Shown here piece after piece: positions 25,372 to 37,898 of a stretch of 64,000 bases of DNA. The DNA lies in the NCBI GenBank assembly GCA_001599295.1, contig BCGN01000002.1:434001-498000 (forward strand), written 5' to 3'. Numbering within the stretch: position 1 is the stretch's first letter; each line of letters begins with the position of its first letter. This DNA comes from Sporopachydermia quercuum (Eukaryota). The notes beneath the pieces were generated by a model. The model saw only the letters and a program-made list of their open reading frames with translations, made no database searches and was not told the DNA's origin. Made by a program: the position numbers and the translations under genes.

Positions 25372-27469
25372 ATGTCAGACTCTGAACTAATGAAGCAGAT
25401 TGCCTCCCTAGCAGGTATGTCCGATAAGAAAAGATGAAGAGGGAAGAAAAGGAAATAAATAAACGGTGAGGAATTGAACATTGTCGGTAGAATTGTTGCT
25501 TTGATTACATGACAACGAAATCAGGGAATGAGTTGATCATTTTGTTGAAAGCCAACAACAGCCATTGTCATGTACTGCTCCGCACTATATCTACTCGTTC
25601 GCTCCCGGCGGGCAATAGATGTTTTCTTTTTTTTTTTTTTTTTTTTTTTTCTCGCTGTAAGGTTGCAATTCATATTTAGTCTCATCGACACACGGAATTG
25701 CTATCACGCCAATGTTACATTTAGCTTTAAATACTAACATACTAAACAGGGGCAATCAATCGCCATAAAAACAGCCAACAGCAACCACAACTCAATCAAA
25801 ACTCAACTTATCACCCATTCCACACTAGAGGACGAGGCAGAGGTAGAGGAAAAACAAGAGGTATGCCGTTAATTCTGGTTATAGCTCTACATCATGAAGA
25901 GATTAACTTCATCACTACCATTTATATATGTATACTAACTGCTTTATAAAGGCTTCACAGATGGTAGACATGATTCTGGATCATACAGGGGAAGAATAGG
26001 GAAACCAAATAGAAGTGATTTAGTATATAAACGAGACACCAGCTCAGAGCCCTCAACGAAGGAACAACTAGCGAAACAACGAGAAGAAAGGAAGCAAAAT
26101 GAAAAAGTACCAAAGAAAGTGATCGGTGGGGTTGCATATTCATTAGAAAGAAACGGCACTAAGCTGGTTCCCTTATCCAATGTGAATAGTAATAATCTAC
26201 CAAAATCAGTTTTGGTTGATGGCCATTTATTCAGAAAAAGCAAATCAGGTAGTTACTGGAAAGTAGCAGCTGTCAAAAAGTACGTTTGGGATTTCAGATT
26301 GATATCCAATTATCAGTTGTGAATTTTATTAGTAATTTCTTTCAATTGGAATCGATAAAATATGTCCTTTTGCTTAGGTTGGATAATTCAACAAAATCGA
26401 ACCAGTACAGATCGCGTATTTTAGATGATATACAAATATTTTTGGTTGTACCAGAGAGATTTGATTACTAACAAAGAAGCAAGATTAAAAGGCGAAGCAT
26501 GCAAGTTCTTCACAACAACAGGTTCAGTATTATTTTGTTTTATAATCGATTTATTACTTATTAGCTCAAACTACTTATCTATCAGGCAGTGTAACATTGT
26601 TATTGTTTCCTGTTAGCAGCGATTCACTGTTTGCTACTATGTGATTCGATGCTAATTGGATAGTATCGTTCGGGTGGAAGACGATTATTCAAATGAAGGG
26701 AATAACCAGAGAAAACTATCAACAAATTGCTTACTAGAATAAAAAGAACTAACATTATAGCTAAACAGGTGAATGCTCTAAAGGATTATCATGCCCTTAT
26801 CAACACGATGTAAATACAATCGCACTCTGTAAAGATTACTTACAATCTAACTTCAAAAAGTGCGAGAATCCAGTCTGTACATTATCTCATAAACCAAATG
26901 AACGCAACGCACCTCTTTGCTTACACTTTCTTCGAGGGAATTGTTCCAATGAACACTGCCTTTATACCCATATGACAAATTTAAGTCCTGATTCGAAGAT
27001 ATGTAAAGATTTTGCATTGAATGGGTATTGTAGTGTTGGTGCCAAGTGCAACAACCGTCANGTTTTTGAATGCCCTGATTTTGAAGAAAATGGGTTCTGC
27101 CCAAGAGGTAAAAAATGTAAACTTCGTCATTTGAACAGGGCTGTTCAAAAACGTGATGATACTGCAAACGAGAACAATGTTTTGCTCTCAAACTCTGTAG
27201 ACGATAAAATTAGGAACAAATCAATTAATCTTGCTGAAATAACCAAACAATTAGAAACGAGTGAAGAGGAGGACGAAGAAGATGAAGAGGAAGAAACAGA
27301 GAAAGAGAATAATAAGAAAGATAGACACCATGTCGGTACTCATTTGAATGAACTAACAGTCGATGATCACAATGATGAGGATGAATTATCATCTGAGTTC
27401 GAATCAGACGATGAAATGAATAATCCTAGTGTTTTGAATGATAATGAAGATTTCGTTAGAATTATGTAA
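25372..27469 (+). CDS. Multi-CCCH zinc-finger protein, Red5/ZC3H3-like (5 exons: 25372-25414, 25750-25860, 25952 or 25961-26279, 26484-26521, 26769-27469)
   Basis: Spliced N-terminus MSDSELMKQIASLAG/AINRHK and an RGRGRG patch. Five tandem CCCH fingers follow (CKFFTTTG/ECSKGLSCPYQH, ..., CPDFEENGFCPRGKKCKLRH), then an acidic tail. All junctions are in phase and have branch points. Confidence 0.82.
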
Positions 27470-27932
27470 TAAGAAGTAACAGGGTCAATATACTATAGTA
27501 TCTCCACTGATGACAGTGATGATTATAGTGAAATAGGACTAGATTCACATGTACATACATACAATGAAACAAGAGTGAGTAATCACCAAGAATGTGATAA
27601 AAATGCATACAAAATATAATACAGAAAAGAATAAACAAAGAGGCAGATAATCAAAACAGGACTATTAATTGTATGGTTATCTTGACGTTATTCGTAGGTA
27701 CGTAGTCATTAAAATATCGCTTTACTTTAGGAGTTGAAGGAAAGCTAGTGAAGCAGCAATCATAATAACAACCAGACTACAAGTTGGTTTACCTACAATC
27801 ACCTGCAAGATAACAGGGCAATAAGTCGAAGAACCAAAAGAACATAGTGCATTTCAATATATAACTTTCATTCTTAAAGCTTCACATCAACTCTTATCAC
27901 TATACGCAACATACACAACACTATATATTTAC

Positions 27933-28340
27933 CAATGTCTCAAAGAGATTGATCGCACCTTATCCAAAAGACAAAATGAACTAGCTATCAACTCATTGAT
28001 TTCCTTCACAGGAGCAGGGAACGGAAGGAGATCCACTATTCTCGTTTCATGGAGAATCGAATTCCATCAACTGAAGATCAATTGACCATTCCAACTTATG
28101 AAATGACAATATAGATCAAAGCTCCGCTTATTTGTAATTATATTATCTTGAGATAGTATAACCACTACTGTAAATAGGAAATAAGATTAGTAACGTACTC
28201 TTGAACGACAAATCAAAAAAAAAAAATTTATTAACATGCTCGACCTTATAGGTCACTTCAAACACATACCTGATGATAAGGAAGGGAAAAAAGACTTTTC
28301 TTGTATCGCTTGAAAAGAATAATAAGGAGGAGAAGAACTT
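27933..28340 (-). ncRNA. SNR37: Probable H/ACA snoRNA snR37 (5' end uncertain; intron at 28269-28168)
   Basis: H-like box ATACTA (28159-28154) and ACA+3 nt (27938-27933). A terminal stem CTCAAGA/TCTTTGAG and a TTGATC/GATCAA stem are present. CGTTCCCT (28023-28016) is complementary to 25S AGGGAACG, next to the snR37 target U2944. It lies directly downstream of PAM16, as I recall SNR37 does in S. cerevisiae. There is no ORF. Confidence 0.7.
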
Positions 28341-29050
28341 TTCTTGAGACAAACCAAATATTTATATGAAAATAAGGAAGTGAAAACTACTGAAGTTCTC
28401 TGGTATGTAAATTACTTCTAATGGTAAATATGAGTATTAATTAGTGCAGATTCTTTTAAGCCAGGGGGTACGAAAGAGACGGAGATTTGATGGTGAAGGG
28501 AAGCTAGTGTTTGTATGGTGGAACGTTTGACCCGGAGGGAGTCATTCTTGAAAAAAAATGGGTTCTAAGTCGGCTCAACGCAAGGTAAGGATGAAGGACC
28601 ATGCATAATAGAACGTGATGACAAATATGCTAAATAAAATAAAACAGTAAAGCATCTACCGATGTGACTTCTTTGCTACAAAGATTATTAAATCAAGAAT
28701 GATCAAATACATTTTATATATACAGGATGACCAATACCAATAGAAGAGATAGAAAAACAGACAATGCAACCAGAAAAGATACGATGGACCAAATGCAAAA
28801 ATACTGTACCAAATGTGAAAAAACTAACAAAAAAGGGACAGCATCCTAAATCAAATACCTCATTAACACCGTAAGCGAATTGGCTTCTAAAATAGTGTTC
28901 GAAATATCCATACTGATATAGTCTATCTAATAAGATTTCAATCTAATAACTCTAAAACATATATCTAATCTCTTCAATCTGTACCAACTAATAGATACCA
29001 CACATCCAACTACAAATCCAACATCAAAGCCAAAGGCTTAGCATACGATT

Positions 29051-29574
29051 CTAGTTAGAAGGGGCCGATTTACTTTGACCTTCACCAGCACCGGCACCAG
29101 CACCAGCACCTTGTTGCTTAGCCTTAGCTGCATCTATCTCACTCTGTAACCTTTCCATCGCCCTGTAAATCTTACTCTGTATATAGAATGAACCACCTTT
29201 CTCCTTTGAATTTATGCTGAAAAGGTAATCATATCGCTGTTTTAATTTATCAGGATTCAAATCTCTAGGGTCCAAATCCAAAATCTTGAATGCTTCATCT
29301 AACCTCACGCCTGAAGGATGTGATTGAGCTGCTGCCGCTTGAGTACTAGTATTGGCTGTAGTTGCTGCAGCTTGCTTCCAAGCTTCTCCAAAGGCTTTAC
29401 CCATAGCTTGGGTGCCTGTAATCATGATTTGGAAAATCAGTCGATAAGCCTACAAATAAATGTTAATATGATGTATTTTNGACTCTTGATTCTTATTTGC
29501 TGATCATTCATGATCGTCACTACGATCTGATCAGTTTATATTGCCTTCCCACACCGTTCTGAACAACTTACCAT
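29051..29574 (-). CDS. PAM16: Mitochondrial import motor J-like protein Pam16 (exon 1 = ATG only, 29574-29572; exon 2 29449-29051)
   Basis: M/AYRLIFQIMITGTQAMGKAFGEAWKQ...GGSFYIQSKIYRAMERL. The intron is GTAAGT...TATTAAC...TAG. Confidence 0.94.
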
Positions 29575-31108
29575 GTTGTTACTTTTCTTGATGTGTAAAC
29601 CAAATCTTCAATGGAGTGTATTACTTGTAGCTATAAAGAGCAAACCAAGCGTGTAAAAAAATGCCTTTCTTTCATTTAAAATGCATAAATTTAGTATCAT
29701 CATGATGGAGTTATGTTGTAGAATTAAATGGCAATAGAAATGAGGACTGAGATTTTGCTTCTTTTTCAACTTAAATTCCTATTCAGGACAAATGCATCCA
29801 AACACCGCATATATATACAGAAAACAGCATATTCATGCATACAGATAGGTAACCCAATACCAAAAATAGTACAGTCAACTGAGATGTTTGACATGATAGT
29901 TTACAAGACAATGCATAAAGGTTGATTAGACTAAGGAAGGGTCCATTAGTATCATCACGGTAGTATACAGCTATAATAGAGAGTATGAAGAGCAAGAGAA
30001 AGATTAGAAATATTGATAACGAAGTTTAGTAGAGACCCCACCCAACAGAATGCCTCTCTAGGGCTATATAATCTTCTAAGCTCTACCAATGGGTTAGACA
30101 GTCCCCGGAACATCAAAACATCAATGCTTCTTCCACTTCAGGCTCCACCTCTACCATGGACCAAAAACAGTTTGATCAATACACCTCTCCTATTGCTGCT
30201 ACCTCGAGCTCAAACAAATATACAAAGAAGATACATCACATCACACACTATGTGCCGGTTATTGTATCTATCTGCACAGTAGTAAGTCACTTACCAGACC
30301 CTTANTATGTATGTATATGCAATGTTTGCAGCTTTTACATTTGTCATACAAACGGGGTAACATGTAAGAATACCTTTTGCGTTGAAGGTTTCGAGACACT
30401 CTTCCATCACTACTCCCTGCATCGCTCTCAACTCTGTGTCTATTTATGCACATTCGACATTGAACGATATGCCATAGTATACAGGGAAACTAGTAAACTA
30501 CAAACAAATCTTCACAGCCAATTTAAACACCAACTAATCTCAGGATGATTCCCATTCTAATATCTAGTTCGCACAGTATTCCTTCTAGCTCCATTCTCAT
30601 CTTAATCTCACCACTAGATCCCCTTTCTTGTTTCTCACCCATCCACCCGTCAAGAAGTACATATAAACTTTCCTTAATAAATACACAAATTCCACAATTA
30701 TACAAAAGATGTTTCCCATCTAAAATGACCTCTACACACTGTTATTTTAGTTTCGCATCTTGGTTGCATTCCTTTTGACGATACTGGATATTATAAGTTG
30801 AATATTGTAGTTTAAACAATATAATCAACGCTTTGATAGCAAATAATGGGTGAAAATTGGGTATTCTCATGAATATTAGGCCCTTTGTCTCAGTGATACA
30901 GATTTAAGAGATATCGTCAAGCACAGGTTATAGAAGAGTAACAAGAAGACATAGTTGGTGGAGTAGTAGTGAAACTACCAAAGAGTGAATTAATACTACG
31001 ACTGTATAATAGGAAATGATAAGGCTAATTATAACAGGTTGAAATATACGTTTATAATTAGGATTTACTGTCAAATGAGCTGTAAACCCTGCAGTTATAG
31101 AGACACCC

Positions 31109-34100
31109 ATGGCAGAAAATTCACTGAACGCCAACGGCAACATAGCTTCAGCAGGGGAAGGAATAAACCAACAGCAGCATCAGCAGCATCCACAACAGCA
31201 TTTGCATCATAATACTCACCAACAGCAGCAGCTGCAGCAAACACTACAGCAGCAACGCATACAGCATACACAACTTCATCAGAAATACGTCTATAATGAT
31301 CCCACCACATCCCAAACAATAACTGCCGATGCTCAAATGCTAGAAGATGCTTCAGCACTTCTTATGCTTTCTGGTGCTGCATTAGGTACGCTTTACCTTC
31401 CCGAAACAGAGGCTCCACAATCCCCTAGACCAAGCCAAGACCCAATAGGCCAAAAAGCACCTATTCTTGGTACTAACTCTTCGAATAGCGAATATCAACA
31501 GAATCGTGTAGCAAATATATCATACACAAACCATGAACCACAAAATATCTCTAACCAGCAAACATATAATCAGAGATATCAGCAAGAAATAACCGATTTA
31601 CCTGCATCTCGGTTTTCTGCTCAATATAAAGCACCACCAACTTATCCTTATAAACCAGAACATTCACAACAAACAATTCACTATCAGCAAACTACATCCC
31701 AACCAATACAGCAATCTACACCACAACTATCACCTCAAATACAGTCACATACTCAGCCATTAATGCAAACGGAGACTCAACCCATTATTGACAGTAAAGT
31801 CACTGGGAATGCAAATAGTAGTATGAATGGCCATTATAGTCATTATAATAACCCTTCATTAACACAACATGACAACAATAGAGGACCACCAAAAGGAACG
31901 TTTCCTTACAACTCGACATCTGCATCAGTATCAAATATTTCAACAACAAAAGTACCTTACTCACAGAAGCTTCCATCTATTTCTTCCATCACAAATCCTG
32001 TACTTGAGAGTCCATCATCATTAACTAGCTTCAATGCTAGTCATGATAACCAAAGCTATGCTAATTTTTCTCCAGCAATTACAAAGCCAACATTGAATGA
32101 ACATAAACTAAGGCCTATTCATGCAATCCATGTCAGTGACATAATAGAGAAAACAGACACTCCTTTCCCATCTGATGCTCATAATGAACCTGTGAAGGAA
32201 AATGGACATGTTCACAAAGCAAATATTAACGAGCTTTTGTCTTCTGGGCCAAGCATATTTCCAGAGTTGAAACAAGAACGTAGTAAGTTATTGTCAGGTT
32301 CAGAGCTTCCAGCTAGAGTTGCGGCCGAGGCAGAAGCATTGGCCGTAGCCAAGGCAGCAGCAGAAGCTAGAGCAGTGGATGCTCGAAAGAAAGCAGAAGA
32401 AGCATTGAAGAAAGCGGAGGAAGCGCGAGTAAAAGCAGAAGAAGAAGCTAGACTGTTGGGAGAGGCTGAGGTAAGGTTATTAGCAGAAGCTCAAGAAAAA
32501 GCTCGGTTGGAAGAAGAAGAACGTCTTTCTAGGGAAATGAAGTCCAAGAAAGCTGAAGCTCAAGCACAAGCTCAAGCAGATACAGACACGGAGACAGAGA
32601 CAGAGTCTCAGGCGGAAACTGAATCAAAAGCACAAGAGCAAGTTGAAGCCAACAAACAGGTGCACAATGCTAGCACAGCTGAAAGTGCTGTTACCGGTAA
32701 TCCAACAATTGCTGCTGATATTTTGAATATACCGGGTTCCCGTATGGGGAATCTGGAGGTAAAATTAGAAACAGAATCCAATGCTGAAACTCAGGCAATA
32801 GAGACTATGCAAGCTATGCAAACTATGAAAGCCATGCAAGCTGTCCAAGCCATTCAGGCTATGCAAAGCATGCCTCCATTGGGAGAAGCTTCTACCAGTC
32901 TATATCAAACTGCGGAAGTGCCGAAGACAACAGAACAAGATGAGGAAGAGAAACAAGAGAAGGACCCGAACCAGACCCAGAACCCAAAGCGACTGAACTT
33001 GGAAATTGAGGCAATCTCTGAATCCTCACTACCAGTAACATCTGCTGTCACTACTTCTGGGGAAATAATAGCCCAAGAAGCCATAGAACAATTCGCTGAA
33101 GACGAAGGAATCATCAAATGTATATGTGGATTTGATCATGATGATGGATTCACTATTCAATGCGAAAAATGTAACCGTTGGGAACATGCTATCTGTGTAG
33201 GTATTGAATCTATTGCCGATGCACCAGATAAGTATTTCTGCGAGAAATGTTCACCAAGAGTGCTAGACGTCGAGAAAGCCATTGAACTACAGCAGCAGCG
33301 ATTGGAGAAAGTAGCGAACACAAGGAAAAGACAACGGAATAATAATAGAGCAGGAAAATCATCCACTTCTACTTCGGATACTCAAACACACAGTGCTTCT
33401 ATCTCAGAAGAAGAGAACAGTAAATCGAATGCTGATCTTAGTACTGGTGTACCTAGTAGCAATACTTCAAACAATAACTCAGCAAATAGCAGTAATGGAA
33501 CAACAAAAAAGAACCAGAAGTCAAAACCTGGTTCTAATGCAGGCTCAATCACGGGAGATACAACAGCAAGCAATGTTCCTTCTGATGCCACTTCATATAA
33601 TAAGAAACAAGAAGAACCTAAGGTACTTGCTCCTTATGAACATTATTATAGACCTATGACGAAAAGTCTGTTTTCTGGTGACATTGAAGTTCAGACAGTT
33701 GCTCAAATGTTGAGAGCAGTAGCAGCAGTGAAAGATGAAAAAGTGATCAAAATGAAAGTGTCAGAATTCAACAAGTTAGAAGCAGCAAAGGTAGCAGTGA
33801 GGTTCTTCCCTCATTCACAGAAACAAAAGTTCAGTGGCATAGAGAAATATGGACTATTTGCTGAACAATCATTGGGAAAAGATCGTTTCGTTGGGGAATG
33901 TTTCGGGAAAATAGTATTGCAAGATGTTTATAAAAGCAACTCTATCAATCAGTATAAACTAGTTGCTTGTCCTAAGCCCCATGTGTTCTTTATTCCAGGA
34001 GTACCTCTAGTGATGGATGCCAGAGGATATGGAAATGAAATGAGATTTATCCGTCGTAGCTGTGAACCAGCATGTGAATTAAGAACGATCTATAGTGGAA

Positions 34101-35047
34101 ACACTCTTCATTTGAGTGTTTACACTGTGAAGTCTGTTAAGAATGGAGCAGAGTTCACATTACCCTGGCAATTTGATCCAAATCATCCTATCTATGAACT
34201 ATACGAAACCGGAGTTACACCTCAAGGTTTGGAAAAGCTTTCAGAACCAGAGAAAGTTGAAGTTGTTAAAATGGTGAATGCTGTTTATCATATCGGAGAA
34301 TGTGGTTGTGGCAATGGACATACCAATGACTGTAGAATGAGTAAGATCAAACGATTTGCAGTCAATTATTCCAATCATTTGACAACTACCAAATACGAAG
34401 ATTCTAAGCAACTCAACAAAAAGATCACGTCTAAAAGGTCTCAATCAACATTGAATTTGATCAACTTGGGTCTAGACCCGTCGGTTCATTTGCCCATCAG
34501 ATCTTTGTTAAAGAAAGCTTCTGAAGTGTCTCGGGTCAAGTTTGGATTTGGGAATGCTAGTGAAAATGAGTCATCACAGGATATAGAGATGAACTCTCCT
34601 TCTCTAAATGAAGAAGAAGATACGGAACAAGAAGTTCAATTACCTGTCCCATTGAAGAAAAGATTGTTAGACCGTTGCAGGCATAGGAAGGCGAACATAT
34701 ATTATAATACAACAGCCATAGCAAATACGACAACACCAATATTAACAGCTGTAGCAACTGCAGCAACAACAGGAATTTATTCTGCTCCACAGCAGTTTTG
34801 TTTAGAGAATTATACGACCCTTGCTAAATCAACCGATGGGGGAAAGGCAACGTCACGAAACGTAAGTCTCAGTGAAAATGAACTCCCCCCTTTACCAATA
34901 GCCACATCTACGTATTTTTCTAAACGAGAGAAAGATAGTCATCGAACATTTTCTAGAGTTGCATCTGAAATACACAATAAGCCTGTGAAGAAGTTCAGTT
35001 TTGCTGATTATAAACGGAAACAGAAGCCTGAGAAAGGGGAATCTTGA
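31109..35047 (+). CDS. SET3: PHD + SET domain protein Set3 (pre-duplication Set3/Set4)
   Basis: LEDASALLML N-terminal motif, PHD (IKCICGFDHDDGFTIQCEKCNRWEHAIC), degenerate SET (DARGYGNEMRFIRRSCEP) and C-terminal KKFSFADYKRK. Confidence 0.9.
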   Translation: MAENSLNANGNIASAGEGINQQQHQQHPQQHLHHNTHQQQQLQQTLQQQRIQHTQLHQKYVYNDPTTSQTITADAQMLEDASALLMLSGAALGTLYLPETEAPQSPRPSQDPIGQKAPILGTNSSNSEYQQNRVANISYTNHEPQNISNQQTYNQRYQQEITDLPASRFSAQYKAPPTYPYKPEHSQQTIHYQQTTSQPIQQSTPQLSPQIQSHTQPLMQTETQPIIDSKVTGNANSSMNGHYSHYNNPSLTQHDNNRGPPKGTFPYNSTSASVSNISTTKVPYSQKLPSISSITNPVLESPSSLTSFNASHDNQSYANFSPAITKPTLNEHKLRPIHAIHVSDIIEKTDTPFPSDAHNEPVKENGHVHKANINELLSSGPSIFPELKQERSKLLSGSELPARVAAEAEALAVAKAAAEARAVDARKKAEEALKKAEEARVKAEEEARLLGEAEVRLLAEAQEKARLEEEERLSREMKSKKAEAQAQAQADTDTETETESQAETESKAQEQVEANKQVHNASTAESAVTGNPTIAADILNIPGSRMGNLEVKLETESNAETQAIETMQAMQTMKAMQAVQAIQAMQSMPPLGEASTSLYQTAEVPKTTEQDEEEKQEKDPNQTQNPKRLNLEIEAISESSLPVTSAVTTSGEIIAQEAIEQFAEDEGIIKCICGFDHDDGFTIQCEKCNRWEHAICVGIESIADAPDKYFCEKCSPRVLDVEKAIELQQQRLEKVANTRKRQRNNNRAGKSSTSTSDTQTHSASISEEENSKSNADLSTGVPSSNTSNNNSANSSNGTTKKNQKSKPGSNAGSITGDTTASNVPSDATSYNKKQEEPKVLAPYEHYYRPMTKSLFSGDIEVQTVAQMLRAVAAVKDEKVIKMKVSEFNKLEAAKVAVRFFPHSQKQKFSGIEKYGLFAEQSLGKDRFVGECFGKIVLQDVYKSNSINQYKLVACPKPHVFFIPGVPLVMDARGYGNEMRFIRRSCEPACELRTIYSGNTLHLSVYTVKSVKNGAEFTLPWQFDPNHPIYELYETGVTPQGLEKLSEPEKVEVVKMVNAVYHIGECGCGNGHTNDCRMSKIKRFAVNYSNHLTTTKYEDSKQLNKKITSKRSQSTLNLINLGLDPSVHLPIRSLLKKASEVSRVKFGFGNASENESSQDIEMNSPSLNEEEDTEQEVQLPVPLKKRLLDRCRHRKANIYYNTTAIANTTTPILTAVATAATTGIYSAPQQFCLENYTTLAKSTDGGKATSRNVSLSENELPPLPIATSTYFSKREKDSHRTFSRVASEIHNKPVKKFSFADYKRKQKPEKGES

Positions 35048-35690
35048 GATGATTCGGATTTGATTGAATGATTGATTATTTAATTGGAGTTTTTTAATGA
35101 TTTATATTTATGTTTATAAGGGTTATATTTTATTTTGTTGCATTTGCTTTTGCTTAAATTTTCAATTGTATTGTATCATTCATTAGCTATAGCTGTGTAT
35201 ATGTGTATATTAATGGTTTCGATAATAATGAGATGGGATGTAAAACGTTAATGTAGAATACATTTGTATGATAGGATGACTATGGTGAATGTGAATGTAA
35301 GACAAATTAATATCTATAGTAGTTATTGAAACCTGACCAAATGACAGGAGATTAACATTCGTGGTAGTTAAAACAGATAAGTAGAAGATGTGTATGCCAT
35401 AACACGGTTGAAGCATATAACACACAAATGTAAATAAGATATGGTCGTTTATAATAGCAAGTAAAAAAGCTATTGTGCGGCAATGAGTATCGAATTTCTG
35501 AGGTATTTATTTTCAGGCTCGGTTGCAAATAACACACGCCAACTCCAGATGAATAATTATTCGCAGTATCAGTGAAATTAAGAGTCAATAAGTAGCATTA
35601 AGTATTATGATGTGTTTCTAGTGGTTGGTTCCTTCGGCTTTTCATAGCAGCGCATAGGTATAATCGATGCTACATTACATAATAAGAGCT

Positions 35691-37898
35691 TCAGAATTGA
35701 CTGCTGTATACTACTAAATTTCGATGATGATATGTCCCTTGGTACCATGACTCTTCTTCAATACGAATGCTGTCTTCACAATTCATAAGATCATATGAGC
35801 GTTCTACTTCAAACGCATTGTTGCATTCAGATGATAATTCATCATTACTATCATCATNCACAATCCTATAATTATTATCTGAATTAGAATCATTGTCATC
35901 ATCTTTACAGGCCGTTGAGCATTGACAATCAAGACTTCCAGGAAGATCTGATGAACCAATAGAATCAATAATGTATTCATTTTCACTCATCAAATCAGAT
36001 GGTAGTTCAAGTGAGTATTCAAGGTCAGCATTCGACAGTTGATTCAAAGTATTCAATCCTTCAATATTCATAATATAATCATTAACATTTTCATCGATAG
36101 ATTTCCCAATCCTTCCTTCATTAGCTCGTGGTATCTCCATTATGTCAAGTGATGAGTCATTATGGGTATTTTCGTTTTCATTCTCTAATGAATTTGAGTA
36201 CCTGTTTGAAGAATTCATTGAATGTTTAGCAAGTTGTTTGGATAAAAAATTCTTGGTACTAAACATAGATGCTTTTCTTGGTATTTTCTGTAATGACGAG
36301 AACTTTGGCTTCATGATTTCAAATGGTTCGTTGCTAATATGCTTTTGTAAATCATTAGAGCTATCAGTGTCAAAATCCTCGACTGCTTTTACATTCTCCG
36401 ACAATGCCTCTTTTCTTTCCAAGTCGATATAAGTCGAAGACTTTTTTGAACTTGATCCGACAAAATATGTTTGACAGGACAGCTCCTGGGCAGTCACTCG
36501 CTTACTGGGATCCCATATGAAGCATAAGGATAACCAATCAGTAAAACTAGGATCATTGAGACTCGGTGTCAAACTACTAATACGCTCTCCTTTGATCTAG
36601 AAAAGATTGGGTTAGTATCAGGTGATTATGCGTGAGCGGGGCATAAAGAATTGGAGATAGAACTATCAATGAGTGACATAAACACATGGCATTGATAGAG
36701 ATAAATCAACTCCATAATCTCAAGCACTAAGTATGACAACACGGTAATTAATACATCTGGAAATCCTATATTCGCCTTTTCGCATAATGTTATAGCTTCT
36801 GGCCATGATTTACCGGTTGATGAAGATGAATCGCTACCAATATTGGCTAATGATTCCAAGATGGATCTGAAAGAAGTTTCACCTTGCTTGGGAAAAGGAG
36901 TGCCTAACACTTTAAAAATTTTCCATATCTGGTCAATTTCATCATTCCCAGGGAATAAAGGGGCTAGATTTACGATTTCAACGGCTAAAGTAGCAAAGGC
37001 CCATATATCCACAGGTTTTCCATAACTATTCTTTCTTAGTAAGATTTCAGGAGATCTATACCACCTTGTTGAAACATATTCCGTGTATTTACTATTATCG
37101 TATATTGTTCTTGAAAGGCCAAAATCACCTAGTTTAATCACCAAATCTTTATTGGTGAACTTTTTCTTCGATTGATAACCCATTGGAGGGACAGTTACTA
37201 GAATATTCTCCGGTTTCAGATCTCTATGGAAAAATCCATTGTCATGAATATGTTTCATACCAGCTAGAATCTGGCTAAGAATGAATTTCACTCTTTTAGA
37301 TGGAAGGGCTTTACCGTTACGACCTTTCATGTACTGATGTAGATTCTGTTGCATGAATTCCATTACAATGTTGAGTCTGAACTGTTCAATGTCAATAAAA
37401 ACTTCAAACACCGATACTAAGTTCTCATGAGGAGGCATATCTCTGATGAATCGAATCTCTCTTTCATTATCGTAATGTCGAACATCCAACACTTTCTTCA
37501 TTGTTTTGATAGCCACCTGAAAATAAACATTAGTAGTAGTTAGAATGTGGCTTTTCAGTAAAGTAGATACAAGAAACTGAGATGAAGGGGTTTGTTCATA
37601 CCATATGTGTATGTTGGGAATATCCTGAGATCAGAGCAAATGAAGAAGACTTTTTATTGGCCGCAGCCGAAGTATTGGCGTTTATATCATTTGATGGTAA
37701 ACTAGATGGTAGCAAACCAGTTCTGAAGTCATTATCTCTGCAAACTTCAGCTAAGATAACAACTCCAAAGCTACCATTGCCTAATGATTGGATACCGGAA
37801 TACCGTTGACAATAGGACCGAAAGGGAATATTGATTCCTGGGGCCTCCCGTCCAGCACGCTGCAATTTTTGCTTTTCATGGTTGTTTCTCTGCTCCAT
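35691..37898 (-). CDS. IME2: Meiotic Ser/Thr kinase Ime2, MAK/ICK family (3 exons: 37898-37602, 37516-36755, 36596-35691)
   Basis: LGNGSFGVV...M/VAIKTM, HRDLKPEN, DFG, YTEYVSTRWYRSPEILLR, GFPD/IKGER...WDPSKR and an acidic tail. It neighbours SET3/4 and PAM16 as in S. cerevisiae. Confidence 0.9.

Noticed and set aside
30156..30548. 130-aa ORF containing GTAAGT, as a possible upstream SET3 exon
   Set aside because: No recognisable homology, and splicing to the branch-linked acceptor near 31034 is out of phase and meets a stop before the SET3 ATG.
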